Origin: Peribolospora baueri
Lineage: Eukaryota
DNA: 64,000 bases
NCBI GenBank assembly: GCA_029717555.1
Contig: JAMDHS010000059.1
Location: 1 to 64,000 of the forward strand
Direction: 5' to 3'
Made by a program: the position numbers and the translations under genes. Each line of letters opens with the position of its first letter. The first letter of the stretch is position 1. This document shows positions 23,447-36,600 of this stretch, piece after piece. The notes under the pieces were generated by a model, which did no database searches, was not told the DNA's origin, and worked only from the letters and a program-made list of their open reading frames with translations.

Positions 23447-25158
23447 ATGGCAACAAGGAGTGCCGCCAGGTCTGTTCTGGCCATGGGTCCGTCCGCTCCC
23501 TATCGCTCGAGCTTTCAAGGCTCCCAAGCCTTGCGGTGGCCGTGCCGCGTGCGTACTCCAAAGACCATTGTCCTCTTCATCCCTGGCAATCCCGGTCTAG
23601 CCGATTATTACATCCCATTCCTCTCCACCATCCATAGTTGTGCACCAGAGCAGTTGGAGATTTTAGCCGTCAGTCACAGGGGTCATGCGCCAGTGGACCC
23701 TGTGACGGCAGAGGAAGACAATGGGCTCTTCGGCAGGGAGAGATTATCCGAGTGGGACGATGGTGTAGGAGCTGGATCCAGGCAAGACTTGAGTCTTCAG
23801 GCACAGATTGATGCCAAGGTTCAGCTAGTTGACGAAATTCGCAAGACATATCCTCGCCGACGGCAACAACCCGGCGCCGCAAATGCTTCTGTTCCTTCCC
23901 CATCGTCATTCTCGTCATCAAATGCCGCGACCGTTATCAAAAATGAAGGCAGAGGCATTTCACTTCGTCGATCTTACAAGGATTTATCGTCTGTCGCCGC
24001 CTACGAGACCTGCCGGAGCGGAGGAAATCTGAATGGGGACGCAGCGCCGATCGCCTCGGATGACGCAGACTCGCCAACCTCATCCGATGTCAAGCTCCTC
24101 CTCATTGGCCACTCAGTGGGAGCATACATTTGTACAAAGGTCCTTGATGCCAGGCCCGATGATGTAGATGGCGTGCATGCTCTGTTCCCCACCGTCTCAC
24201 ATATCGCTAGGTCGCCGAATGGCCTTCGTTTGAGGGTAAGTTGAGTCGAGTTGCGATGGTTGAGTGGGGAGGTTTGACGTATGTTTGCTCAGGTAATACT
24301 GCTGCAACAAGCGACTTGTCTGTTCATCGGTCTTTTCATCCTGCATCGCACAGCCGCTCTTCCATCCCATCACCCCCACACTGCTCCACCCCATCCTTCT
24401 CGTCCTCTCCCTCATCCCCTTTACCGTACTCAACTTCCTCACCCGCCTCCTCACCCTCCAACCTTCCCATTCAGCACGCACGACGTCCACCTTCCTTTCC
24501 TCGCCCTCACACGTATCCGCATCGCTCCAGATGGCACGAGAGGAGATGGAAACAATCAAGGGATTGGATGAAGCTTTTGTGAGGGATGTTAGGAGGGGTG
24601 GGAAAGTGAGATGGTATTGGGCGGAGGGGGAAAGAGACGGGTGGGTGCCTGGGTGGGTTAGAGAGGAGGTTAGAAGAGTTGTCCTTGAGACGGACAATGG
24701 GGAGCAGAGGATGTCTTCCCACAAAGGGCACAAATATTATCTCGACTCACTAACGCGGGAACAAGCGCAAGTCGAGGTGCTCGCGACGGCCAAGACCGAA
24801 GGTGCACAGGCCGATGAACAGCCGCGGGGAGCGAACTGCTTGCCTCACGCTCTCTTCGGCCCGGAGAAGGAGAGGGTTACAGCGGTGGAAGCGAACGGGA
24901 GGGCGGTAGTGTGCGAGAAGGGGATGTCACATGCCTTTTGTATTGGTGAGTTGCTACGGGCGTAGTGCTACGCTGCTCTGCCGGAGGTTACCGTGGGCCG
25001 ATCTATACGTCTGAGACGAACATTCCACTGATGTCTTCTCTCTCCCGACCAACAACCCGCCCTCGTCCGACGATGCCGCTGAAGACCATAGCGAAGCGAT
25101 GGGCTCGATCTGTTTCGAGTGGATCAAAGAAGACTTTCTGTCGCCTCTTTCTTCCTGA
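23447..25158 (+). CDS. Lipid droplet-associated serine hydrolase (LDAH/YPR147C family)
   Basis: VLFIPGNPGLADYYIPFL, nucleophile elbow IGHSVGAYI, LFPTVSHIARSPNG, HAFCI|DHSE. TGA 25156-25158. Confidence 0.88.
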
Positions 25159-25488
25159 CTGCAACGCACACGTCCACTTCTTGTGGGATAAGTGGAGAGG
25201 ATCAAATAGCAGACCTCTTTGGTCTCTTGAACGTTTGTGGCTTCGAGCAGACCGCCCTTCCCTCAGGCCGTATAGACAACTTATTTAGGGAAATCGAAGG
25301 ATCGCCGTCAGATTCTATTGGGCTTGGCTCCATACATCGCGAATGCTGGGCTAGCCTGTGAGCACGTCACCCTCAACAACCTTTTCTTTGCACTGTGCAG
25401 CCGTGTCGGATGAGGCGAGGGCTAGAAGCACGCGCGAGAGGCAGATGAAGAATCAGGCCATGGTTTCATTCCTTCCAATCTGAACGGC

Positions 25489-26434
25489 TCAAGCGACCCG
25501 CTCTGATTGGCCTCGGTACCCCCTGCCAAAGTAATAGGAGCCATACACGCCAGCGTTGATACCAGCCATGGTGGTGAGAAGGACGGGTAGAGGTCGCCCG
25601 GAGCGGAGGGAGGAACGGAGATGGAGAAAGAGGTAGGAGAGAGACCAGGCTGGCGAGGACACGTGTGGCGTGGATGGAAGGGAGGAGATATTGCAGATTG
25701 AGCTTTGATATTAGTCGTCAAGATAACCGCGCAAGACGGGACGGTGGCCTGACAGCTCTTACTCACCTGTCGTTGTTCCAGCACCGTTCATCGGGTCTCC
25801 CGCATGAAGGATATATCTGAGCGGTACGCAACGGCGTCACAGTTGAGAGGATAATAACGGAGAAAATTCAAGTCTGGTCAGCTAACTCCACAGGGAGGGC
25901 AACAAGCGCAAAAACCAGATGGATAGTTCAATCTCTCCCGAGTCGACCCCCGGTGTGAGAGGGAGGAAGGACACAGGGGAACGCACCCTGATCCGCCGAA
26001 GATGGCTCCAAACCCGGTGAGCTGCCAGAAGGGAGGCAGAGCTGGATGCCTCTTGAACGCAAAGGGAACAGAGCCAATCACTTTCCAGAGAGAAGCGACA
26101 AGGCATGAGGCGCAAACCGAGGGTGTTAGCAAAGGCGATCACTGGTAATCGGCCTTGTCTCCTTTACCAAAAAAATCTCGCCGCGACGTTCGCCGAAGGA
26201 AAAGGGAAGAGCAGAAAGGAGATGAAAGAGCCAGTAGAACGCACACAGCCCAGCAAAGGTCCACGCGAGCTTGGGCGTTGTAGCCAAGTTTCGCGCATAA
26301 GTCTTGAGGCCAGCCTCGGTCGCCTCGCTTGTTTCGTAGCCTGCTCCCGCATCGGACTCCGCAACGCGCTGGAGCTTGTCGTTGATCGGTTGTGTCAAAG
26401 CCTCTGTGAGCGTATTGCCTATGGAAGAGGACAT
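25489..26434 (-). CDS. AIM19: Aim19-like small membrane protein
   Basis: Spliced FGAIFGGSG|YILHAGDPMNGAGTTT|AWSLSYL...NAGVYGSYYF resembles the Aim19 family pattern. Confidence 0.7.
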
Positions 26435-26669
26435 ATTGTGAAAGCCCGAGGCGTCGGCCAGACAGCAAAGTGGTGGTAACACGAGGACAAATGGAAGAGA
26501 GAAGGCGAGACGGACGAAGCTTCTTCCTTCGGCGGTACTTCGTCGTATCCAAAGTGCTGCGGCTGGTGATAGTGCAGACCCTCGAAGGCGCCGAGAACGT
26601 GAACACCGCGAACAACAACACCACCATCGCCGCGATCCAGACGCTCAAGATCGGGGTAGATCTCTCACG

Positions 26670-28619
26670 ATGAGGGTCCTATCTGAGCTTTCGAGCAGGA
26701 AAATGAGAGAGAGCGTCGATGCTGTGTGTAGGCTGTGTGCTGGTCGAAGGTTTGTCGTCGCCCCTCCTCTTTCGGCGAAACGATGGGCATCTTCGGCGCC
26801 GCCGGCTTCCAAACTCAAAGCGACGAAATGCGAGGTGAGGATGTGTATTTGATCATGGTCCTATGGACTGGAGTCGCAAGTCATGTCTTGCTTTCCAGGA
26901 GCTACATTTGCAATTGTGCTAATCATTGTAGCATTCGTCCAGGCATACGTCTCAACCTCCACCGATCCTTTTTTCAACTTGGCATACGAGGACTGGTGAG
27001 TCTCTCTTTTCACCTTGAAGCGGACATAGAGATGCGATTTCGCATGCTTCTGTTTTCTTTGACATTCTGCCTCGCTCTTCAGGCTTTTCCGCCACACAGA
27101 CCCTCGCATCGTGATTCTCTACATGTACAGAAATCGAGAAAGCGTCATCATAGGTCGGAATCAAGTGGGTGGGTTGGGGAGAAGGAGGGGTGCTTGCACA
27201 ATACCGGTGGCGGTGGTCGCCGGTGGTTGAAGCTTATCTGATTTCTGAATCTGGCATGGCTTCGACAGAATCATTGGAAGGAGGTCAACATGTCAGCGCT
27301 CCAGCGATTAGGAATCCCGTTCGTGAGGCGGCGGAGCGGAGGGGGGACCGTCTACCATGTGAGCGTCTTCTGTCAACGCCAGTTGGGCTAGACAGTTCCG
27401 GTGCACGCACGAGGCTATTATTCTCTGGCTTTGTCTTATTTATTAATATTTCTATCATGGAACACTGCAGGATCTCGGCAACACGAATTACTCCGTCCTT
27501 CTTCCCCGCGATGCTTTCACTCGCCGCGCCAACGCCGAGCTCGTGTCCCGCGCTTTGCGCAAGCTCGACATCGCCGCGTACGTGAACGATCGGCACGATA
27601 TCTGCGTTGACGGGTTCAAGATTTCCGGTTCAGCCTACAAGCTCGTGAGCAAAAGGGCGTACCACCATGGAACCATGTTGATCGATGCTGGATTGGAGCG
27701 GTTGGGAGACGCCCTGAGGAATGATAGGGTGCGTTACTCTGCTACAGAACACTCCTCTCAAGCTTTGCCCACGACTAGACTGCTTTCGTTACCATTTTTG
27801 ACTATTCGCCTTTGCCATCTCATCCTGTCCTATGCTCTGCAGGCGAACCTCGTAACGAAAGGGGTCACATCTGTTCGCTCTCCTGTACGCAACCTCTCCT
27901 CGTTTTCGAGCGCCATCTCGCATCAAGCTTTCCTGGACGCAGTCGTGAGCGAATTTGGCAGGACATACGGCGCTGCCGGTCTGGAGGGCGCGGAGGAGCT
28001 GGAACGGGTGGGGCCGAAGGTCGTGGACGAGGGAGAGATGCAGAGGGTGAAGAAGGTGAGGGAGGGATATGACGAGTTGAAGGTGCGTGCAAGCGTTCCA
28101 GGTTTCTCTGCCTTGAATTAGAAGTACTGGCCTTGGTCACTCTCTGATAAACCTATGTGTTGCTGCTTAACCATCCTATCATACCTTGGCGCGTTTCTTC
28201 ACATGCAGAGCTGGGATTGGATGTACGGACAGACGCCAGAGTTTATGCACGACCTCGAACACTCCTTCTCGTGGGGCAAGGTGGTGAGGTCGTAATCTAA
28301 AGTTTAAGAAGGAGCTTTCTGTCTTTATCTTTGATCGATTCGTCTCACTCTGTGCTCATGCTTTCTATGACCGACCATGAAGGCACTGTCCATCAAGTCA
28401 CGACACGCGCTCATCACCGAAGCCGAGTTCACATCTTTTCCGCCCTCAACAGAGCGTTACCTTTCCGAAATCAGGAAGACACTGGTGGGCGACCGGTATG
28501 CGTCGCTAGAAGCTGTGGAGAAGAGGCTCCAACGACCGGAAGGAGAAGGAGGAGCCGAGGGTGAGGAGGGGAGGAGGGTGTGGACGGACCTGCTAGAGTG
28601 GTTGCGTAGGTCAATGTGA
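26670..28619 (+). CDS. AIM22: Mitochondrial lipoate-protein ligase/lipoyltransferase (LplA family)
   Basis: STDPFFNLAYED|WLF, VIIGRNQ, VRRRSGGGTVYH|DLGNTNYS, KISGSAYK, HHGTML, SWDWMYGQTPEF. Confidence 0.93.
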
Positions 28620-29085
28620 TTTCTGCAACGGCGGATGACGCCGGTTCGAGGTGATATGGAACAGGCGCGACCGTCGATCATATCCAACCAACAAACATCA
28701 TCTGGCCTATAGTAAAATTTATTTCGACTCTACCATTCGTAGCGAGACGTAAAGACACGGCTTCCTCCGCTATCGCAACTGGATTGAGCGGGCTCAAAGG
28801 CTGGCCTGACCGCCAACCGCAGTCAATGTCACGTGCCTTCCCTTTTTTTGGAGAGGGCGAACGGTTGGTCAAGCTGGGAAGTCGCCGTTCGCGGAGAGCG
28901 ACACCTTCGAAGACGTTCCAAGCCGTCCTCTCCGAGCCACTCTATCACTCCACGCTCTTCCGTTGCACGTATCACGGACCACTGGTTTATACTCGTCTTT
29001 TCCCCATTATCCTTGGCTTTTCCCTCACCCAATTTCTGGCGAGACGGCCCAAGCCAAGCCAAGTCAAAGGAGCAGTCTCTATTCC

Positions 29086-31913
29086 ATGCCGATGCCTACT
29101 CCTTCAGCCATGTCCACGCCGGCTTCGCCCGCATCCACGAGCTCGGCTGGAAAACAGACCAAGGACGGAGTCACAAAAAAGGGTTTTTATCTTGCTTTTG
29201 TCAAGAACGCTTTTTCGGAACGTCTTCAGGTGAGCGTCTCCTGTACCCTTCGTCGCGTGCAGTATGCCCCAGCTCAACGGGCTCTTCCGACGTATGCTCG
29301 TTTGCGTCTTGTTCTCAGGGGAATTATGACGACTACAACGAGCTGGTCTCCCAGTTCAAGCCTCTTTCTTCGAATGCTAGCTCGAGCACACCAGAGGTCG
29401 CCGTCAGCGCGGCCTTTCCAACAGCGCCTGCTCATCAACTGCGTGCCTGGCTGGACGCACTCTCTCATGTCGTCTCTCAGCTCGATCGTTCTCACTCTTT
29501 GCTCGTCGAGGCTATACTCCAGCTGCCGTGGGCGACCATGGATGAAGGCTTTGTCAAGACGTACATCGGCTTCTTGGAGATGTTGGTCAGCGCCAGGCAA
29601 GAATGGGTCCAAGCAGTTCTACAGCGAGCAGTAAAAGGATTGAGCTACAGTGAGAAATGAGAAATGTTGCAAGTTGCTTATATTCCGTGGGATGGTGTCT
29701 GATCTGCTGCGCGCGATACTTGCTTTCCTACTCTTCCAACAATGTCAGGATCGGACTGGCGAGCGCTCTCCTATGCCGGCATTCGACCATCAGCGCCCCC
29801 CGCGAGAACCTCCACTGAGCAGCCCGACGCGTCGACGCCGACACGAAGACTCATCTACTTTCGGATACATTTTCTCCTGCAATCTCTTCTCGCTCTCATC
29901 CCCACGCTTCCTTCCGCTCTCGCACCGCTCCTCGTACGACACTTCCCGCACAAGCGAGACTCTCGCGTTGTGCAGATGTGCTACATCCGAAATGCCTTGC
30001 GCATTGCGGAGTACTGTGAGGAGTTGACAGAGAGCATCCTCGGTACTGTTATTGATCGAGCCATCCAGGTCGACGTGAGTATTTGAAGCTTCGACAACTT
30101 CCATACCGTCAGGAAAACTCATTTGTTGGTCAATGTTGACATTTTGTCAGGTGGAGATCCAGGTAGAGCTCGACGAGCTCGAGGACGTGGGCGACATTGA
30201 TCTCACGGACATCGACACTATGGATCCCTTTGATCAAGTGGCGGATGACGAAACAGGATCCGAACTCGGCGCTGGAGATGGCGACGAAGACGACGGGGAA
30301 GGCGACTTGGCGAATATTTCGTCCGATGAGGGTTCGGACGACGAGATGGAGGAAGGCGGTGGCGCGCAAAGTAAAGCCGTAGAGCACATTCGCGACATGG
30401 TCGCGAAGCTGGACGCCATCATGAAGGTCGTTTTCGACCATCTTCACAAACTGAACGCTCGATACACGTCGGCGATGCGCTCAGGGTCAGGCCTCGAAGA
30501 CTCGCCACTGCTTTCCCATCCTTCTTCCGCGTCTGCGTCACCTGAGCTCATGCTCGCTTCCCACCAGCGCACCCAGCTCTTCTCGATCCTCGTCAACATC
30601 TTCAACCGGACCATATTGCCCACTTTCAAGTCGCGCTACGTTCAGTTCTTGCTCTTCTGGTACTCCTCGCTCTCACCCGCATTTGCCGACACCTTCCTGG
30701 GCGTCCTTCTCCAAAAGGCTCTCTATCCACCGCAAAAGCTCGGCGAACGGGACGAGCCGGCAGTCATTCGGGTGGCGGCAGCCAGCTACATCGCCAGCTA
30801 CGTCAGTCGGGCCAAGTATGTGACTGGCAAGAGCGTCCGATTGGTCGTGCAGAACTTGTGTCAGTTCCTCGAGATTCGTCTATCCGATCTCGAGCAGATA
30901 CGGGCGCAACTCTTGCAAGCGCGGAATCATGGAAGCAGCACCCTCATGCAAACCTACATTGACTCTCATGCCTACACCACCACCAACGACCCTACCGTAT
31001 TCTACGCAGTCGCACAGGCCGTCTTCTATATCTTCTGCTTCCGATGGAAGGACCTACAAGTAGGACCGCACGATACGGACGACGTCGAAGAGGGGACGGA
31101 CACGGGCTTTCCGTTCGGTGTTCCAGAGACCGAGAGCGGCGCTGTGGATGAAGGCTCATGGACTGGTGCCGGGGGGACGAAATGGATCAAGCCGTTGTCA
31201 GTGGTGCAGAGGAGCATTACATCTCCTCTGAACCCTTTGAAGGTAAACGGCTGCATCTGGATATTCCACATTGGATGCTCTGAGGACAGCCTCGGTCGTG
31301 TTGACAAGCCCCCTTTTTCATCTTCTTTCATCCTTATGAGCAGTATTGCTCATCCAATGTAGTCGCACAGTTCGCCCGAGTGGCTCAGCGCACAAGCTTC
31401 GTCTACTGTCACTCCATTATCGAGGCTAATCGGCGAGCCTCTTCCTACTTCAATTTCAGCCAGAGCAGTGCGCCGACGACTCCTGCCGGCGGGCCTGGGG
31501 GAGCACGCGGTTTGCCGTCCCGGTCAACAAGTTTGCCCGCTTTGGACTCGACGGCTTCGAGCTTATTTTCGTTGGCGTTGCCGCCGAACGTGCACGCGCA
31601 AGCGGACCTCAACGGCTTCTTTCCTTTCGACCCGTACAAGCTCAATTCAAGCAGCGCCTACGTCGACGGGCTTTACCGGCATTGGTCAGAGGTGGAGGAC
31701 AGCTTTGACACCGACGATGACGAGAGCTCGTCGGCTTCGGAAGAGGAAGAGGCGGACGAGAGCTCCGAAGAGGAGGAGAGTGACGACGACGATGCTGGGG
31801 CGGCCATCACGATTCCAGGAGCGGACCGAGGTGCTTCTGACGGACATGACGGCGTACTTGGCCAAAGTTTCGAGGCCATGAGCATCAGTCCTTTCCGTCC
31901 GGGCCTCGCATGA
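29086..31913 (+). CDS. RRN3: RNA polymerase I initiation factor Rrn3 (5' end approximate)
   Basis: LLVRHFPHKR, IQVDV|EIQVELDELE, KLDAIM, ILPTFKSRYVQFLLFWY, AAASYIASYVSRAK, FYAVAQAVFYIFCFRW, LNPLK, FFPFDPY. Confidence 0.95.
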
Positions 31914-32163
31914 TGGCGACGAGGCCGTTCTCCGCCTGGTCTGTTTCACTTCCGTTTCCCCTATGTTATTTTTTCCTGGCGCGCCTTCCCCTATGTGTAT
32001 TCTAGTGCCAGCATTTGCATACCCTTCCGTCTTAATTGGGAAGTGCGGCGAATAGGCTGCCTTAATTGTTTTGTGGTCAGACGTGTTACAGACGTTTCTC
32101 TACCCCAAGCCGCCCTGGACTATGCGGAGGGGGTAGCGACACCTCTCACGAGTACCGTCCTTA

Positions 32164-32179
32164 CCCCCCCCCCCCCCCC
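32164..32179. repeat. C16 homopolymer
   Basis: Read directly from the sequence. Confidence 0.9.
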
Positions 32180-32365
32180 GGACATCGTGTTGGCAGTCAA
32201 GTCCCTGACCCGCTATCATTTGAAACTTACAGGAGTGTTGTTCCCTAGACAAAAATTGCGTGTTCCTTTCCATGGAAGCTTGAAAGAGGAAAGCATATAG
32301 AAGAAGCATAGGAAGATGGGGCGTGAGGACAGTTATAGCCTTAGGCTTAGGACCAAGCTTGAAGT

Positions 32366-33094
32366 TCAAGAACTGCCAGCATCGTCTGCCACACCCTTGC
32401 CATGATCTGCCACACCTCCGCTGGCATGTTGCGCACTCTTCGCGTTACCGCTCCGGTCGGCCACTGCGTTGCCGACGCCACTCGCCGTCTGCGTGCGGTC
32501 GCCTACGCCCATCCAAACATGCACCGGCGCCTCCTCGTTCTCAGGAAGGCGATTCTTGGACTTGATGGAGGCGGTGACGTGGAGTCTATTCTTTACGCTC
32601 CTGTGATAGTCGTAGTTGTGATGGGGGCCGTGATGGTCGTGATGATGGAGGCCATTTTTAAAGGGGAAAGAATGGAGGCGCCGGCAGCCCTTCGAAGTGC
32701 ACCCAGGAAAATGATGACGATGATGCTCTCTAGCAAACAAGGTCTTGGGTTTGTGCTTTGTGAGCATCGGCTTGCGCAAACGCATGTGGTGTACGACGTC
32801 CATGTCCTTTTCTCCGCTCCTCCCGCTCTCGTCCTCCGATTCCGCGCTCCTGGCATCATCTTCGTCGCGCGACCAGACGTGCTTGGTGAGATTCATATCC
32901 TGAACTGTGTCAAGGTTACGAAGGGAGACTGGATTGGCACCAAAATGGGTGTTGGGAATTTTATGCGAACGTGGGTCAAGAGCCGGACCGGAGAGGCCTA
33001 GGGCCCTGTCGGGCCGGTGCGGGCCAGTTGACGGAAGGACAAAGGCAATGGTCGAAGAAAAAGAGGCCAGAAGGAGCAAGGCGCACTTCTTCAT
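32366..33094 (-). CDS. Orphan secreted His-rich protein, 242 aa, intronless
   Basis: ATG-initiated ORF with signal peptide-like MKKCALLLLASFSSTIA, an upstream TATAAAA and a His-rich core. No family recognised. Confidence 0.7.
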   Translation of the reverse strand: MKKCALLLLASFSSTIAFVLPSTGPHRPDRALGLSGPALDPRSHKIPNTHFGANPVSLRNLDTVQDMNLTKHVWSRDEDDARSAESEDESGRSGEKDMDVVHHMRLRKPMLTKHKPKTLFAREHHRHHFPGCTSKGCRRLHSFPFKNGLHHHDHHGPHHNYDYHRSVKNRLHVTASIKSKNRLPENEEAPVHVWMGVGDRTQTASGVGNAVADRSGNAKSAQHASGGVADHGKGVADDAGSS

Positions 33095-33206
33095 CTTTGT
33101 TAGCTGAGACGAACTTTTTTTTGGCTGCTAGTGCGAACAGTGAGGACGTATGGAGAGAAGAAAGGAAAGCGGTGGAGCCCCGCGAAGGCATACGACACGT
33201 TCGGTC

Positions 33207-33213
33207 TTTTATA
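33207..33213 (-). promoter_or_regulatory. Putative TATA box (TATAAAA) of the secreted-protein gene
   Basis: ttttata on the + strand, ~113 nt upstream of ATG 33094. Confidence 0.5.
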
Positions 33214-33638
33214 GAGAAGACAAGCCTTCGGAAGGAAGCAGCAAATTTGAACGACCCTGCTTCTGCCTGCTCAAGACAAAGGCTTGAAGGCCAATAAAAT
33301 CCGCCGTTGTCGGCCAAACTTGTGCAAAAAGAGCGAACGCAAGTTGAGGTGAGTTTCTCACAGCCAAGACAGGGTCCCGTTCACGGGCATCAAGTAGAAA
33401 ACCTTGGGGTACCGAGGTTGTACTGGGGACTAGGGCTCGATTTCGAGCGAGACCATGCGAATTAAAATTGTATGGGGTTGAAAAGCACGACCCAAGTCGA
33501 CACACGATCCTTCATGCGGATGCGGGATCATAAACTGAAACATGCCATAACCGACACCCTCATCTCATCGCAGCCCGCCGCATCTCAGCACAATCGTGAT
33601 CGCTTCTGCAGCCCGACCAATTGAACGCCACCTCGGCT

Positions 33639-36600
33639 CTACACGAAAAGCTCCCAATATTCCTCAACGAATCTGAAGAGCAGTGAACGGAGGTCAGTAG
33701 GGTCTAACTGCCGACTTGACGAACGATGCAAAGCACTCACTTGAGCATGTAGTCGTCAACTGTCCCACCCTCGTCCTCATCTTCCTCATCCATCACAGCG
33801 TCCACCGCATGTGGCGTCTTCTCCCTCGCCTCCTCATATCCGGCAGGTACGTCCTCGGTCGCAGTCTGGCCTTCAGGCTGAGGTCGACTCGCGGGAGACG
33901 GTCGAGCGGTTGTAGTGGGTGTGCCACCAGGAGCAGAAGGAGTGGGAACGGCTTGCTCAGAGAAGTCAGTTGCGTCGAGGTTCATCTCGCCCTTGGCTAC
34001 CTTTGCCGCTTCGACATCCTCCTCGTCTTCTGCCATTGCAAAAGCCCGCTCCACGTCCTGAGCTGATCCGGGGCCAGAAGACATGTCGGCCACCTTGACG
34101 TCGCCGAGCATGCCATCATCGAGCATGTCCCGCCAGTCGAGTCGCTGCAGCGCCGTCGTGGTAAAGTCACCTTCTTGGATGACCATGCTGTCGAGAATGC
34201 GTTTCTGGTTGGCCTTCTTGAGCATGTTCTCTTCGATGGTGTGCTCCGAGACGAAACGGTAGATGTTCACGTCGCGCGTTTGACCTATGCGATGGGCTCT
34301 GTTAGCGAATAGAGAGAAGACGGACAGTTCATGAGTGTCGAGTCAGTGTCAAAGGACGTCCCAAGGCCTATTTGGAGAACAACGCAACTGCGATGTATCT
34401 ATAGCACTCGGAAAGATGGACGCACCGATCTTGACACTGCGCCTCGATCGCCGCGTTCCAATCGAGGTCGTAGAACAACACCGTGTCCGCTCCAGTAAGG
34501 TTGATGCCCAATCCTCCACTTCGGGTGGAGAGAATGAAAGCCATGATTCGACTATCGCGGTTGAAGCGTTCGGTCAAAATCTGCCGTTGCTCGACCTTTG
34601 TCGCGCCGTCCAAGCGAAGGTACCGGTAGCCGTGATAGTTGAGGAAGATCTCGAGAATGTCCAGCACTTTGGTCATTTGAGTGAAAATGAGAATGCGATG
34701 ACCACCCTCCTTCAGCCGGCGCATGAGACGGTCAAGCTCTTGAAGCTTTCCGCAGTCATACTGCAGGAGCGATGCGTCCGGGAATGCAATCTGCAACTTG
34801 ACGGCGGCATCATGCAACGAATCGAAAGTGTCGGATTGCAGCTCCACTTGTCGTTCCGGCGAAATTCCAGGAAGAGCCAACTCAGGCATGTCGCGCGCCA
34901 CAGCCGCTGGCGTCACGAACCCGAAGCGATCGACGAGAGGCTTCATGCGCTCGCAGCGGTCCATGTTCGATACCACCATCGAAGATAGCACTCCAGACCG
35001 GGAACGAGCGCCATCGTTGCCGGGACCGAGGGGTTGCAAGCGACAGGAGCTTCCGGCGGTGCGAAGAATCGAAAGCAAACCCGCGCCGTAGACAGGCCTG
35101 CGGTTGCAGCGAAAACGGTTCTGATACGCCAGATGGGCTCTTCCCTCCCTTTCTGAAAGTGCGCGCTGGCCAGCCAAGTGCCGCTGAAAACCAGCCATTG
35201 TCCGGGTGTCCAAAGGCGCTGCGGAATCCGAGCCTTTTGTCGAGAGTTGGAGAAGGCGATCACAGGCATTCAAATGTCGCACATCTTCTGCGAGAATCAA
35301 ACCTAGCCGTTCCTCATTTGCGGGGATTTTGAGATTAAGAAAGTTCAAGTCGACGCGTGCCATGTCGTCTTCAGCGAGAAGCCGTCGACGGACCAACAGC
35401 TCTCGGATCTCGTAGTCGGCGACGACAGCTCGCGGCATTGCGAACGATGTCACGATTGGCCGGACCTCGAACAAGTCGGGGTGGTTGCAGACTTTTCGAA
35501 GCTGCATGAGGCAGTTGATAATCGAGAGATAATTGCCGGATGCCAGCGATTCTCGCGTCTTGGCCCGGCTCATAAAGTCGTTGTAAAGGAAGCGCTGGCG
35601 CTTCGAGAGGCGGCAAGTGATGACGTGCTCGAACTTGCGCGGCATCTCCTGTTCCACATCCGCCTTGAGCCGGCGCAAGATGTAGGGCCGCAAAACAGTG
35701 TGTAGCTTGGCGACCATTGCCCTCGTCTCCTCATCCATTTGCCGACCCGCTTCGATCGCTTTGTCTAGAGGATTGGAGAACCACTCCTGGAATTCGCGCT
35801 GGTTCGCGAAGCCGCTCGACTCAATCATTCCTCGCGACATCCCTTGCGGCATGAGAAAGTAGAGAAGGCTCCAAAGATCCGTGAGGTTGTTCTGCACTGT
35901 AGATCCGAGGAGAGATGAGGCGGAATAAGGAATTTAAGATGTGAATAGGGGATTCAGCCGCGCAAGGAAAATCCAAGAGGCCACAACCCCCAACTCACGA
36001 GGCGTTCCGGTCAGTAGCAATCTGTGTTCCGTGTTGAACCCTATGAGCGTCTGCCATCGCTGGCTTCGGAAGTTCTTGATGTTATGCGCCTCGTCGAGAA
36101 TCATGTACTTCCAAGGCTTCCGTCGGAAGATGTGCTGGTCCGCGAGAACGAGTTGGTACGAGGTGATACAGACGTGAAAGCTATTAGGCGTGTTCCAGCC
36201 CACGCGCTTCTCCTTTCGCTCCCTGGGAGAACCGAAGTACGTCAAGGTCTTAAAGCCGGGAAGGAACTTTTTGAACTCAATCTCCCAGTTGAGCATGACA
36301 GATGTCGGGACGACGACCAGATGCGGGCCCCAGTCGCCTTTCTCGCAAGCGAGGTGAGCCAGGAGAGCAATGGTCTGTATGGTTTTGCTGTTCGAGAGAC
36401 GGCGGATGAGATGCAGCGAAGTTTCAGTGAGAACGCACGCAAGCCGCGGTGATTGCGTCCACCAAAGGAAAGAGACTCACCCAAGCCCCATCTCATCTGC
36501 GAGGATTCCGTTGACGCCGTTCTCGTGTAGGCCAACCAACCACTCGAAACCGACGTGTTGGTAAGGTCGCAGCACTCCACGCAGCAGGAACGGCTGACGA

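Noticed and set aside
25156..25200. Stop-codon readthrough giving a cryptic PTS1 (TGA CTG after LDAH; several other stops also checked)
   Set aside because: The context is not TGA-CTA, and the extensions I translated do not end in a PTS1 tripeptide.
27269..27280. NHW instead of the usual NPW motif in the AIM22-like ligase
   Set aside because: It is a single substitution, all catalytic motifs are intact, and it cannot be interpreted without an alignment.
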